Part shown: positions 9,901 to 19,558 of the stretch, piece after piece
Layout: every line of letters starts with the position of its first letter
How positions within the stretch are numbered: position 1 is the first letter of the stretch
Assembly: GCA_903922605.1 (NCBI GenBank)
Contig: CAIXUG010000086.1
Location: 3,384 to 67,383 of the forward strand
From: an uncultured Verrucomicrobiota bacterium
GTDB taxonomy: Bacteria > Verrucomicrobiota > Verrucomicrobiia > Limisphaerales > UBA9464
DNA length: 64,000 nt
Direction of reading: 5' to 3'
Program-made: the position numbers and the translations under genes
The notes under the pieces: model-generated
The model's database searches: none
What the model saw: the letters and a program-made list of their open reading frames with translations, nothing else
What the model was told of the DNA's origin: nothing

Positions 9901-11907
9901 TCAATTGCCGGCGCGGTTCAGACGATAGTAACGCTCGCCTGACGCGGCCGGCAGATTGAGCCGCAAAAAGCCATCCATCAGCACTGGGGTTTCGGTGACA
10001 GGTAGCCACGTCAGCGGCGGCCTCAAGGAGGCGGCGAATTCCACGCGATAACCGGTCGAAGCGGCGGGCCAGCTCAGAACCATCCGTCCATCCGTGGTGG
10101 GCACCGCAGTGGCGGCCAGCGGCTGCACGGGTACCGTCGCGGTGATCGCCTTGTTCTCAGTCAGTGTGAGCGAAGACCGGTTCGTGGAGCCGGATGACAC
10201 GACGGTGACGTCGTAATCCCCTTTGAAGCCCCGCACCGTGACTGCTCCGTTGGCATCCACGATCGCGTTCGTGGAGGTCCACCATTCTTTGAAGACCAGA
10301 TTGCTCCAGGCGATTCCATTCGGCTTGAGCGACCAGTCCTGCCGAAAGAGCGCCGCATTGGGACGCCAGTGCTGCCCAGCCCAGAAACCCCACATGACGA
10401 TGCCGTTGACCTGCGGTTGGCTGAAGAGCGCGGTCATGAAGTCGTGCAGATAGTCCCCCTGCGTCACCTCATCCGGCAGATCCACGTCGAACTCGGTCGC
10501 CTCCAACGCCAGCCCGAGCGCCCCGAAGCGGTCCAACTGCTCGATGATCTGGGGCGGGGATGGTAAGTAGCCTTGAAAATGGCTTTGAAACCCCGCTCCG
10601 CTGATGGGGGCACCATTGGTCTGAAGGTAGTTGAGCTTGTTGTAAAAATCGTCGGTTTGGGCCGCTCCGAGTCCGGCCAGTTCCAGATTGCCGTATTCAT
10701 TCAGGAACAGCGCTGCGGCCGGATCGAGGGCATGCGCCATCTGGTACCAGCGGACCATCTCTCCCTGCCCCAGCACATCCATCACGGCGTGATTCACGTA
10801 GGGCTCGTTGATGACATCCCATTCCACGCATTGGCCTTCGGTGGCCGTCAGGATGTTTGTGAAATGCCGGTCAATGCGCGACCGGAGCGCGACCCGGTCG
10901 CCAAACAGCCCAGGCACATCGGCAGGCAGAAAGTAGCTCTCATTGGTCCCGGGCCAGATGAGGTTGTGCCCGCGGACCGGGATGCCCCGGTCCAACAGCC
11001 ATTTCAGGGCATTGGTGGCCGTGCCGGGACCATTGGGTGGCCCGGCCTCCCAAACGGGCCACTTCAGGTCGTTTTCCAGCACCGCCTTGTTGAACCAGTT
11101 GGTGATGACGCCCTGATATTTCAAGCGGTCGCTGGTCGTGCCGGACTTGCCCAGCAGCCGCCCGCCATCGATGGCCGAGCCGAAGCCAAAGGCGTGCCGC
11201 TTCATCTGCACCGCGACCTGCGCGCCGGGCACCGGATAGCCTTCGGCATCATGCACCTGGACCGTGAGATCCGCCTTCCGGTACTGCTCGATGCGCGCTG
11301 CCGCCGGCGCCCGCCAGGCGGCATCCGGCGTTCGCCCCGGATAGGTGATATCGTTGGGCAGCGAAGCCAGGGTCCGGGTCTTGGCATAATTCGTCAGCGT
11401 AAAGCCGCCGATTTCAAGGGTCTGGGGCGCGTAGCCGAGACGGAAATTGATCTGCGCCGCCCCGGCGGCGTAGGTGGCGACCGATTGGAAAGCGACGTTG
11501 AACTTGATCCACTGCCCATCGCCTTCGATCTGGGTGCGGGTAACGGACTGCGTGTAGGGGTTGCTGGCCTGCTCAAAGACAAACTCCGTCAACGCCTCAC
11601 CATTGGTCGGGGCGATCCGATGCAGCCAGAAGATGCCATGCAGCACGTCGTCCTTGGCCACGGCTGCGGTGGTCGGCAGGTTGAGCTGGATGTTGTAGCT
11701 ATTCGCCGGCGTTTTCTTGGTCACGACCCGCACCGCCTGCGTAAAAGGCTGACCGCTGACCGTGACGACGGATCGGGTGGCGTAGGTGGAATCAGGCTGC
11801 TGCAAGGTCGTGGCCAGTATCCCATTGGCCGGCACCATGGAGGTCTGCCCCACCGCCATGACGGCGGCAACGACCGAAGCCACGAGCAGAACAATACGGC
11901 GAAGCAC
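9901..11907 (-). CDS. Glycoside hydrolase family 10 endo-beta-1,4-xylanase with N-terminal CBM-like and C-terminal beta-sandwich regions
   Basis: Signal peptide. GH10 boxes ENDLKWPVWE, WDVINEP (acid/base Glu) and EATEFDV (nucleophile Glu). Confidence 0.85.
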   Translation of the reverse strand: MLRRIVLLVASVVAAVMAVGQTSMVPANGILATTLQQPDSTYATRSVVTVSGQPFTQAVRVVTKKTPANSYNIQLNLPTTAAVAKDDVLHGIFWLHRIAPTNGEALTEFVFEQASNPYTQSVTRTQIEGDGQWIKFNVAFQSVATYAAGAAQINFRLGYAPQTLEIGGFTLTNYAKTRTLASLPNDITYPGRTPDAAWRAPAAARIEQYRKADLTVQVHDAEGYPVPGAQVAVQMKRHAFGFGSAIDGGRLLGKSGTTSDRLKYQGVITNWFNKAVLENDLKWPVWEAGPPNGPGTATNALKWLLDRGIPVRGHNLIWPGTNESYFLPADVPGLFGDRVALRSRIDRHFTNILTATEGQCVEWDVINEPYVNHAVMDVLGQGEMVRWYQMAHALDPAAALFLNEYGNLELAGLGAAQTDDFYNKLNYLQTNGAPISGAGFQSHFQGYLPSPPQIIEQLDRFGALGLALEATEFDVDLPDEVTQGDYLHDFMTALFSQPQVNGIVMWGFWAGQHWRPNAALFRQDWSLKPNGIAWSNLVFKEWWTSTNAIVDANGAVTVRGFKGDYDVTVVSSGSTNRSSLTLTENKAITATVPVQPLAATAVPTTDGRMVLSWPAASTGYRVEFAASLRPPLTWLPVTETPVLMDGFLRLNLPAASGERYYRLNRAGN

Positions 11908-12085
11908 GCTGCAAACTAATCAACCTCCCCCACGGTGGCAACCGAGGCGTGCAACTCTCCTGTCTCCTGAATCCTGACACCTATCTTCTATTTCCCCAGC
12001 AATTCGCCCCATGCGGAAAGCGGTTCACCCCAGCAGCCCTTGCGCGGCGTGCTGATCCTGTGATCAATGGGCAGGTCCACCACTC

Positions 12086-15007
12086 ATGAATCCGTCACCT
12101 GACAGTCCTGTGCCCGGGAAAAAACGCTATGTGCGCGCCGTCGGCCCGCGCCTGCGCGTGCTGCTGCTGGTGGTGTTCGGGCTGTTCGCGTTGCTGGGGG
12201 CGAATTCGGTCTATCTCAGCAGCATTACGTTTCTGACCTGGCTGGATCGCGAAAAGGGCGTTTCCTACGAGAATTACTTCTACCAGTTCCAGTTCCTTGC
12301 GCACCTCGTGCTCGGTCTGCTGATCGTGCTGCCGGTAATCATTTTCGGCCTGATCCATATCAAGAACTCCCATGACCGGCCAAACCGTCGCGCTGTGCGC
12401 GTGGGGTATGCCCTGTTTGTGGTGGCCTTGGTGCTGCTCTTCAGTGGGATCGCATTGATGCGGGTGGAAGGGTTTGAGCTCAAGAATCCGAACCTCCGCA
12501 GCGGGACGTACTGGGCGCACGTCATCACACCTTTTGCCTGTGTCTGGCTCTACATTCTGCACCGATTGGCCGGGCCGCGCATCAAGTGGCAGGTCGGCCT
12601 CTCGTGGGCGGCGGCGGTCGGTGTGGTGGTGCTCGGCATGGTGGCGCTCCACAAGCACGATCCCCGGAAATGGAACGCCAAGGCGCCCAAGGAGGGGGAA
12701 AAGTACTTTTTCCCGTCCAGCGCCCGCACGGCCAACGGGAACTTCATCCCGGCGGCCACGCTGATGAACAACGAGTACTGTCTCGAATGCCACAAAAACG
12801 CCTACGACTCGTGGTTCCACTCGGCCCACCATTTCAGCTCGTTCAACAACCCGCTCTATCTCTTCAGCGTGAACGAGACCCGCCAGGTCGGGTTGAAGCG
12901 GGATGGCAGCGTGCAGGCTTCGCGCTGGTGTGCCGGCTGCCATGATCCGGCGCCCTTCTTCAGCGGGGCCTTTGACGATCCCAAGTTCGACATGACGAAC
13001 CACCCGACGGCGCGGGCGGGTATCAGCTGCACCGTCTGCCACGCCATCACGAGCCTCGAAGGCGCGGACAAGGGCCTGCCGGGCAATGCCAACTACACCA
13101 TCGAGGAGCCGGTCCATTATCCGTTCGCCTTTGCGCCGACGAATTCGTTCGCGTTCTTCGTGAACAAGCAGCTCGTCAAGGCCAAGCCGGCCTTCCACAA
13201 GCAGACCTTCCTGAAGCCGCTGCACAAGAGCGCCGAATTCTGCTCCACCTGCCACAAGGTCGGCATCCCTTACGCGGTCAACCACTACAAGGAGTTCCTC
13301 CGGGGACAGAACCATTACGACAGCTACCTGCTCAGCGGCGTTTCCGGTGTGAATGCCCGCAGCTTCTATTACCCGGAGAAGGCCAAGGCGACCTGTGCCG
13401 AATGCCACATGCCGCTGAACCGCTCAGATGACTTCGGCGCGCGCTACAACGGCACGAACGATTTCCTGACTGTCCACGACCATCTTTTTCCCGGCGGCAA
13501 CACCGGGCTCGCGGCTCTGCGCGGCCAGGCCGAGGTCGTGAAGACGCAGCAGAACTTCCTGAAGGACTGCATCCGGGTGGATCTTTTCGGCGTGAAGGCG
13601 GGCGGCACGATCGATTCTCCCTTGGTGGCCCCGCTCCGCCCCCAGGTACCCAAACTGAAACCCGGGCAGACCTACCTCATCGAGGCCGTGGTACGAACGC
13701 TTAAGCTCGGGCATCCGCTCACCCAGGGAACAGTGGATTCAAACGAGCTTTGGGCCGAGACCAAGGTGACGGAACCGGATGGTGAGATTGTCGGCCAGAG
13801 CGGTGGCCTCGGGCCGCACAAGGAGGTCGATCCGTGGGCGCATTTCATCAACGTGTACATGCTGAACAAGGACGGCAACCGCATCGACCGCCGAAATGCG
13901 CAGGACATTTTCACGCCGCTTTATAACAACCAGATCCCTCCCGGCGCCGCCCACGTCCTGCACTACAAGCTGACCGTACCGCACGACCAGCGTGAGCCGC
14001 TGACGGTCGAGGTGAAGGTCCAGTATCGGAAGTTCGACACGATCTACATGAACTATGTGTACGGCCACGACTACACCAACGGCATGTCCTTCCAGATCAC
14101 GAACGACCTCCCCATCACGACCCTGGCAGCGGACAGGCTGACGTTTGAGATCGAAGGTGGCGACACGCTTGCGTCCCAATCCATGACGAACGCCCCGTCG
14201 GCCATCCCGCCGTGGCAGCGTTGGAATGACTACGGCATCGGCCTCTTCCTCAAGGGCGACAAGGGGAGTGAAAAGGGTGAGCTGATCCAGGCCGCCGATG
14301 CGTTTGACCACGTCGAGAAGCTGGGCCGCGCCGACGGACCGCTGAACCTCGCCCGCGTCTATTTCAAGGAGGGCCGGCTCAACGACGCCGTCGCCGCCCT
14401 CCAGCGCGCCAACGACTCGACCCGCTTCACCCCCGCCGGCAACCGCTGGACCATCGCCTGGCTGAACGGGCTGGTGGACAAACAGAACGGCTACCTCGAC
14501 AAGGCCATTGCCGAACTTACGAGCATCTTGGAAGACCGTTATCCCGAGCTGGAGAAGCGCGGCTTCAACTTCAGCCGCGACTACGAGGTCATCAACGAGC
14601 TGGGCCAGACCCTGTACGAACGGGCCAAGGCCGAGCGCGCAAACCCCGAGCGGCAGAAGGAATTCCTCCAGGCCGCGGTCAGGCGCTTTGAAGACACTCT
14701 GGCCATCGATTCCGAGAACGTCACCGCGCACCACAATCTGGCCCAGCTTTACACGCAGCTCGGGGACAACACGAAGGCCGCCGAACATCGTGCCCTGCAT
14801 GAGCGGTACCGTCCGGATGACAACGCCCGCGATCGGGCTGTGGCCGCCGCGCGGCTCCACGATCCTGCCGCCGATCACGCCGCGCAGGCTATCGTCATCT
14901 ATGACCTGCAGCGTAGGACGCGCGGGATGGAGGCGCGGGCCCAGTCAGCTCCGGCCAAAAACGAAGCCGTCCGGCCCGTCGCATCCGCCGGTGCGGGAGC
15001 GCCATGA
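12086..15007 (+). CDS. Membrane-anchored multihaem c-type cytochrome fused to TPR repeats
   Basis: About five N-terminal TM helices with conserved His. Five CXXCH motifs (CLECH, CAGCH, CTVCH, CSTCH, CAECH). C-terminal TPR-like repeats (e.g. NLARVYFKEGRLNDAVAALQRA, HHNLAQLYTQLGDNTKAAEH). Confidence 0.8.
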   Translation: MNPSPDSPVPGKKRYVRAVGPRLRVLLLVVFGLFALLGANSVYLSSITFLTWLDREKGVSYENYFYQFQFLAHLVLGLLIVLPVIIFGLIHIKNSHDRPNRRAVRVGYALFVVALVLLFSGIALMRVEGFELKNPNLRSGTYWAHVITPFACVWLYILHRLAGPRIKWQVGLSWAAAVGVVVLGMVALHKHDPRKWNAKAPKEGEKYFFPSSARTANGNFIPAATLMNNEYCLECHKNAYDSWFHSAHHFSSFNNPLYLFSVNETRQVGLKRDGSVQASRWCAGCHDPAPFFSGAFDDPKFDMTNHPTARAGISCTVCHAITSLEGADKGLPGNANYTIEEPVHYPFAFAPTNSFAFFVNKQLVKAKPAFHKQTFLKPLHKSAEFCSTCHKVGIPYAVNHYKEFLRGQNHYDSYLLSGVSGVNARSFYYPEKAKATCAECHMPLNRSDDFGARYNGTNDFLTVHDHLFPGGNTGLAALRGQAEVVKTQQNFLKDCIRVDLFGVKAGGTIDSPLVAPLRPQVPKLKPGQTYLIEAVVRTLKLGHPLTQGTVDSNELWAETKVTEPDGEIVGQSGGLGPHKEVDPWAHFINVYMLNKDGNRIDRRNAQDIFTPLYNNQIPPGAAHVLHYKLTVPHDQREPLTVEVKVQYRKFDTIYMNYVYGHDYTNGMSFQITNDLPITTLAADRLTFEIEGGDTLASQSMTNAPSAIPPWQRWNDYGIGLFLKGDKGSEKGELIQAADAFDHVEKLGRADGPLNLARVYFKEGRLNDAVAALQRANDSTRFTPAGNRWTIAWLNGLVDKQNGYLDKAIAELTSILEDRYPELEKRGFNFSRDYEVINELGQTLYERAKAERANPERQKEFLQAAVRRFEDTLAIDSENVTAHHNLAQLYTQLGDNTKAAEHRALHERYRPDDNARDRAVAAARLHDPAADHAAQAIVIYDLQRRTRGMEARAQSAPAKNEAVRPVASAGAGAP

Positions 15008-15110
15008 AGCCGCTCAGGGCAAATGGCCACGACCCGGTTCAATCGCGCCGCCCTGTTGGCCATCTGCCCGGCGCGTTCCCCTTCCCCTTGCAATTTAGAA
15101 ACCCGACCGA

Positions 15111-16973
15111 ATGAAGAATCCCGATCAGCGCCCTGAAGATCACGACGAATTAGTCCAGCAGGACGACGCCGCCGTAGGGCGCGGCTTTCGCTACTCACTC
15201 ATCGCGCTCGTTGTCGTCGGCACCCTGGGTGCGGGCGCATACCTCCTGCTCAAACCCAAACCGGTCGCACCCAAAACCCAGGTCACGAAGCTGGCCGCCC
15301 CAGTGGCCGCCGACCGGCCGGTAGCGCAGGTGCCGACCGCCAAGTTCACGGACATCACGGCCGCCTCGGGGATCACCTTCCGTCACGAAAACGGAGCCTA
15401 CGGCGACAAGCTGCTGCCGGAAACAATGGGTGGCGGCGTGGCCTTTCTGGATTACGACGGCGACGGAGCACCCGACCTGCTCTTCGTCAACTCGACCCAG
15501 TGGCCTGGCAAGCTTGCGGCAGGTGCCAAACCGGCCACGGCGGCGCTCTACCACAACGACGGCCACGGGAAGTTCACCGATGTCACCGGCGGCTCCGGCC
15601 TCGACGTGCCGCTCTACGGCATGGGTGTCGCCACCGGTGATTACGACAACGACGGGCGTCCCGACGTGCTCATCACCACGGTGGGCGGCGCGCGGCTCTT
15701 TCATAATGAGGGTGGCGGCAAATTCACCGACGTGACAGTGGCGGCCGGGGTTGGTGGCGATCCGAAGGATTGGAGCACTGCCGCCGTTTTCTTCGACCTC
15801 GACAACGACGGCGACCTCGACCTTTACGTGGCCAGCTACGTACGCTGGTCGCCGGAAATCGACGCGCAGGTCGGCTACAAGATCGACGGCACGCACCGGG
15901 CTTACGGCCCGCCGATGAACTTCCAGGGCGCCTTCCCGCACCTGTACCGGAACGACGGCAACGGCAAGTTCACCGAAATCTCGGCCACTTCGGGCGTGCA
16001 GGTGAAAAACTCCAGCACCGGCGTGCCCATCGCCAAGACGCTCGGCGTCGCGGTGATGGATGTGGACGGTGACGGCTGGCTGGATCTCGCAGTGGCCAAT
16101 GACACGGTGCAGAACCTGATGTTCCGCAACCGCCATGACGGCACCTTCGAGGAGATCGGCGCGCTGAGCGGCTTCGCTTTCGACAGCTACGGCAACACGC
16201 GCGGCGCGATGGGCATTGATGCCTGCCGCTTCACCAAGGACGGCAAGATCGGTTTCGCCATCGGCAACTTTGCCAACGAGATGACCGCGCTCTGTGTCGC
16301 CCAGCCCGGACCCGGAGGCAGCGCCCATCCGCTCTTTGCCGACGAAAGCCTTTCCTGGGGCATCGGTGGGCCCAGCCGAGATCCGCTGAAGTTCGGCATC
16401 TTCTTCTTCGATTACGATCTTGATGGGCGCGCCGATCTGCTGAGCGTGAACGGCTATCTGGAAGAGGAAATCTCCAAGATCCAGCACGGCCAGAAGTACC
16501 AGCAGCCGGCGCAGCTCTTCTGGAATGCGGGCGACGCCGGCTTCGCCATCGTCAACGCTGATCAGGCTGGCACCGACCTCTTCAAACCTATCGTCGGCCG
16601 CGGCAGCGCCTATGCGGACATTGACGGGGATGGCGACCTCGACGTGGTCTTCACTCAGATTGCCGGTCCTCCCATGCTGCTGCGCAACGACCAGTCGCTG
16701 GGCAACCACTTCGTGCGTCTGAAGCTAGTCGGAACCAAGGCCAATCGCGACGCCCTTGGCGCCTCGGTGAAACTCACGGTCAACGGCCAATCCCAATGGC
16801 GCGAAGTGATGACGTCGAAGAGCTACCTCAGCGCCAGCGAATTGCCGGTCACCTTCGGTATCGGCAAGAGTGACAAGGTGGACGCCGTCGAAATCACCTG
16901 GCCGGGCGGCGTGAAGCAGACGCTGGGCAGCGTACCCGTGGACAAGCTGACCGTGGTCGAACAGCCACGCTAA
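15111..16973 (+). CDS. CRTAC1-family protein (FG-GAP/VCBS repeats + ASPIC/UnbV C-terminal domain), membrane anchored
   Basis: TM helix LIALVVVGTLGAGAYLLL. Repeated FxDxDxDGxxDL motifs (FLDYDGDGAPDLLF, TGDYDNDGRPDVLI, FFDLDNDGDLDLYV, VMDVDGDGWLDLAV, YADIDGDGDLDVVF). UnbV-like tail VRLKLVGTKANRDALGASV...YLSASELPVTFGIG. Confidence 0.85.
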   Translation: MKNPDQRPEDHDELVQQDDAAVGRGFRYSLIALVVVGTLGAGAYLLLKPKPVAPKTQVTKLAAPVAADRPVAQVPTAKFTDITAASGITFRHENGAYGDKLLPETMGGGVAFLDYDGDGAPDLLFVNSTQWPGKLAAGAKPATAALYHNDGHGKFTDVTGGSGLDVPLYGMGVATGDYDNDGRPDVLITTVGGARLFHNEGGGKFTDVTVAAGVGGDPKDWSTAAVFFDLDNDGDLDLYVASYVRWSPEIDAQVGYKIDGTHRAYGPPMNFQGAFPHLYRNDGNGKFTEISATSGVQVKNSSTGVPIAKTLGVAVMDVDGDGWLDLAVANDTVQNLMFRNRHDGTFEEIGALSGFAFDSYGNTRGAMGIDACRFTKDGKIGFAIGNFANEMTALCVAQPGPGGSAHPLFADESLSWGIGGPSRDPLKFGIFFFDYDLDGRADLLSVNGYLEEEISKIQHGQKYQQPAQLFWNAGDAGFAIVNADQAGTDLFKPIVGRGSAYADIDGDGDLDVVFTQIAGPPMLLRNDQSLGNHFVRLKLVGTKANRDALGASVKLTVNGQSQWREVMTSKSYLSASELPVTFGIGKSDKVDAVEITWPGGVKQTLGSVPVDKLTVVEQPR

Positions 16974-17011
16974 AGCTTCCCGCGCACCCAACGCATAGTT
17001 ACGCTGGCCTT

Positions 17012-18169
17012 GTGAAGTCCCGCGACAATTCCTCTGCCCCGGCTCGCAAGCTGCGCGTCCTCATCGCCACCGTCACCGCCGGAGCCGGCCATTTGCAGGC
17101 CGCCGCCGCCCTGCAGGAAGCCTGGACCGCACTGCGGCCCGACGATGTTGTGGAAAAACAGGATGTGCTGGAGTTCACCCCGAAACTCTTCCGCAAGCTC
17201 TACAGCGAAGCCTACCTCAAACTCATCGAGCACTCGCCGGAGCTATGGGGCGCGCTGTTCCGCAAGAGCGACGACCAGGAAAAGCTCGAGCGGCTCGGCC
17301 GCGTGCGCCAGACGCTGGGACGCCTCAATGCCTCCAAGTTCGTCACGCACATGGCGGAGTTCCGGCCCGATGTCGTCCTCTGCACGCATTACCTTCCCGA
17401 GGAAATCTTGGGCGGGCTGAAGGCGAAGGGAAAACTCCAGCCCTGGCCGCTGGTGGTCAGCATCGTCACCGATTTCGAGGCGCATGCGCTGTGGCAGGAG
17501 CCGGTCGTCGATTTCTACTGCGTCGCCGCCGAACACACAAAGGCCCGGCTTGTCGCGCGCGGCGTCCCGGCGGACAACGTGGTCGTCACCGGCATCCCGG
17601 TTTCCGCCCGCTTCCAGAATGCTCCGGCGCGCAAGGCTGCCCGCAAGCAGCTCGGCCTGCGGGACGACCTGCCCGTGCTGCTCGTGCTCGGCGGCGGCTT
17701 TGGTGTCGGCCCGGTCGCCGAAATCCTGACCGCCCTGAACAAGTTCGCCGAACCGGTCCAGCTGGCCGTGGTCTGCGGGCGCAATCAGGAGCTTTTGCGC
17801 GATCTGGCCGTCGTCGAGCGCAAGCATCCCACGCAACTGCTCGGCTTCGTGCGCAACATGCAGGACTGGATGTCGGCCGCCGACCTCATCGTGACCAAGC
17901 CGGGCGGCCTCACCAGCTCCGAGGCGCTCGCGCTGGGAAGGCCCTTGGTCATCCTCAACCCCATCCCCGGCCAGGAAGAGGCCAACAGCGACTTCCTGTT
18001 GGAGCACGGTGCGGCGGTGAAGCTGAACCGCGTGGAAGATCTCCCCTTCAAACTCGGCCAGCTGCTCGGCGAAGCCAAGCTGACCGGTTTGGCCAAGGGC
18101 GCGAAAACATTGGGGAAACCGGAAGCGGCTGCGGCCGTCTGTCAGGCTGCGCTGGCGCGGCTGGGATGA
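17012..18169 (+). CDS. MGDG-synthase-like / UgtP-like diacylglycerol glycosyltransferase (GT28)
   Basis: N-terminal VLIATVTAGAGHLQAA motif of the MGDG_synth family. C-terminal GT28 box ADLIVTKPGGLTSSEALALGRPLVILNPIPGQEEANSDFL. Confidence 0.8.
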   Translation: MKSRDNSSAPARKLRVLIATVTAGAGHLQAAAALQEAWTALRPDDVVEKQDVLEFTPKLFRKLYSEAYLKLIEHSPELWGALFRKSDDQEKLERLGRVRQTLGRLNASKFVTHMAEFRPDVVLCTHYLPEEILGGLKAKGKLQPWPLVVSIVTDFEAHALWQEPVVDFYCVAAEHTKARLVARGVPADNVVVTGIPVSARFQNAPARKAARKQLGLRDDLPVLLVLGGGFGVGPVAEILTALNKFAEPVQLAVVCGRNQELLRDLAVVERKHPTQLLGFVRNMQDWMSAADLIVTKPGGLTSSEALALGRPLVILNPIPGQEEANSDFLLEHGAAVKLNRVEDLPFKLGQLLGEAKLTGLAKGAKTLGKPEAAAAVCQAALARLG

Positions 18170-18235
18170 TCCCGGTCTTCAAGCTGCGCGCTTGCGTGTT
18201 ACGTGACATCACGGTTGGCTCTCCGACATCCGCCT

Positions 18236-19549
18236 ATGACAAAACGTCTTCTCTCCGCCTGCGTGGTCGCCGCCGCGCTTTTTCCCGCCGCCTTCGCCGC
18301 CGAATTCCAAATCCATGACGGTGAACGGGTCGTCTTCCTGGGTGACAGCATCACTGAACAGCGGCTTTACACGACCTACATCGAGGCGTACGCGCTGACG
18401 CGGCATCCGGATTGGAAGCTCTCCTTCCGCAACGTGGGCTGGGGCGGTGATACGGCCTGGCTGCGTCAACGGGCGCACCCGGACGAAAAGGATCTCTTCG
18501 CCGCCGATGCGGCCGCCCAACAGAAGATGGTGGAGGACTCGGTGGGCCGCGGCTTGAGCCGCGATGTGCTGCCGCTGAAGCCCACGTTTGTGACCGTGAA
18601 GTTCGGCATGAACGACCATTCGTACCAGGCTTTCCGCCCGGACATTTTCGCCGCCTACACCCGCAGCCAGACTGAGATTGCCAAGGAACTGGCGGCTGCC
18701 GGCGCCCGGGTCACCTTTCTGACACCGCAGCCGATCGAGGATAAGCGTGCCGATCCCGACCAGGATATCCGCAACCAATCCCTGCGGAAATTCTCCGACG
18801 GCCTCAAGGAAGTTGCGGCCAAGAACGGTGCCGGCTTCGTGGATCAGTTCGATCCCTACATGGGATTGATGATGGCCGCGCGCGCGGCGGATCCCAAGGC
18901 CGTCATCGGCGCGGGCGACGCCGTTCATCCGGGGCCCACCGGGCACACGCTCATGGCGTGGGCGGTGTTGAAGGGCTTGGGTGCCACGCCTGAGGTTTCC
19001 AGTGTTGCCGTGGACTTCGGCAAGAAGTCTGTCACGACCACGGGCTGCAAGGTTGAAAAACTGACCGTGGCGGATGGCAAGGTCAGCTTCGACCGGCTGG
19101 ATAAGGCGCTGCCGATGCCCATTGACCAGCGTGCCGAGGCTGCCCTGAAACTGGCCCCTGTGCTCGCCGACCTGAGCCTTTATGACCTGCAGGTCACCGG
19201 CCTGCCCGAAGGCACCTACGAAATCACCATCGACGGCGAATCGGCGGCCAAGGCCAGCGCCGACGCCCTCGCCAAGGGCTGGAATCTGACGAACTCCGGC
19301 GGCCCGATCACCGCCCAGTCGCGCGAGGTGTTGAAGCAGGTCTTCGCCAAGAACAACCTGTATTTCGACCGCTGGCGGAATGTTCAGCTCTACTCCTTCC
19401 CCGCCTGGGCCAAGGGCGCAGAGGTGGAAGCCCGGCGCGACGCCGAAGTGAAACGCCTCGATGGTGAAATCGCCGCCGCCGAGGCTGCCATCGATGTCGC
19501 GCGCAAACCGAAGGTTCACCACTTTGAGGTGAAGCCGGCGACGCCCTGA
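18236..19549 (+). CDS. SGNH/GDSL-family hydrolase with C-terminal extension
   Basis: Signal peptide MTKRLLSACVVAAALFPAAFA from ATG 18236 (track ORF begins at GTG 18203). Block I VVFLGDSITEQ. Block V-like GDAVHPGPTGH. Confidence 0.75.
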   Translation: MTKRLLSACVVAAALFPAAFAAEFQIHDGERVVFLGDSITEQRLYTTYIEAYALTRHPDWKLSFRNVGWGGDTAWLRQRAHPDEKDLFAADAAAQQKMVEDSVGRGLSRDVLPLKPTFVTVKFGMNDHSYQAFRPDIFAAYTRSQTEIAKELAAAGARVTFLTPQPIEDKRADPDQDIRNQSLRKFSDGLKEVAAKNGAGFVDQFDPYMGLMMAARAADPKAVIGAGDAVHPGPTGHTLMAWAVLKGLGATPEVSSVAVDFGKKSVTTTGCKVEKLTVADGKVSFDRLDKALPMPIDQRAEAALKLAPVLADLSLYDLQVTGLPEGTYEITIDGESAAKASADALAKGWNLTNSGGPITAQSREVLKQVFAKNNLYFDRWRNVQLYSFPAWAKGAEVEARRDAEVKRLDGEIAAAEAAIDVARKPKVHHFEVKPATP

Positions 19550-19558
19550 GTGTGTCGC

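Noticed and set aside
12095-14878. 437-aa and 379-aa minus-strand ORFs opposite the multihaem cytochrome gene
   Set aside because: They are shadow ORFs. The five CXXCH motifs, the TM helices and the TPR repeats all lie in the plus frame.
15195-16709. 504-aa minus-strand ORF opposite the CRTAC1-like gene
   Set aside because: It is a shadow ORF. The FG-GAP and UnbV motifs are in the plus frame.
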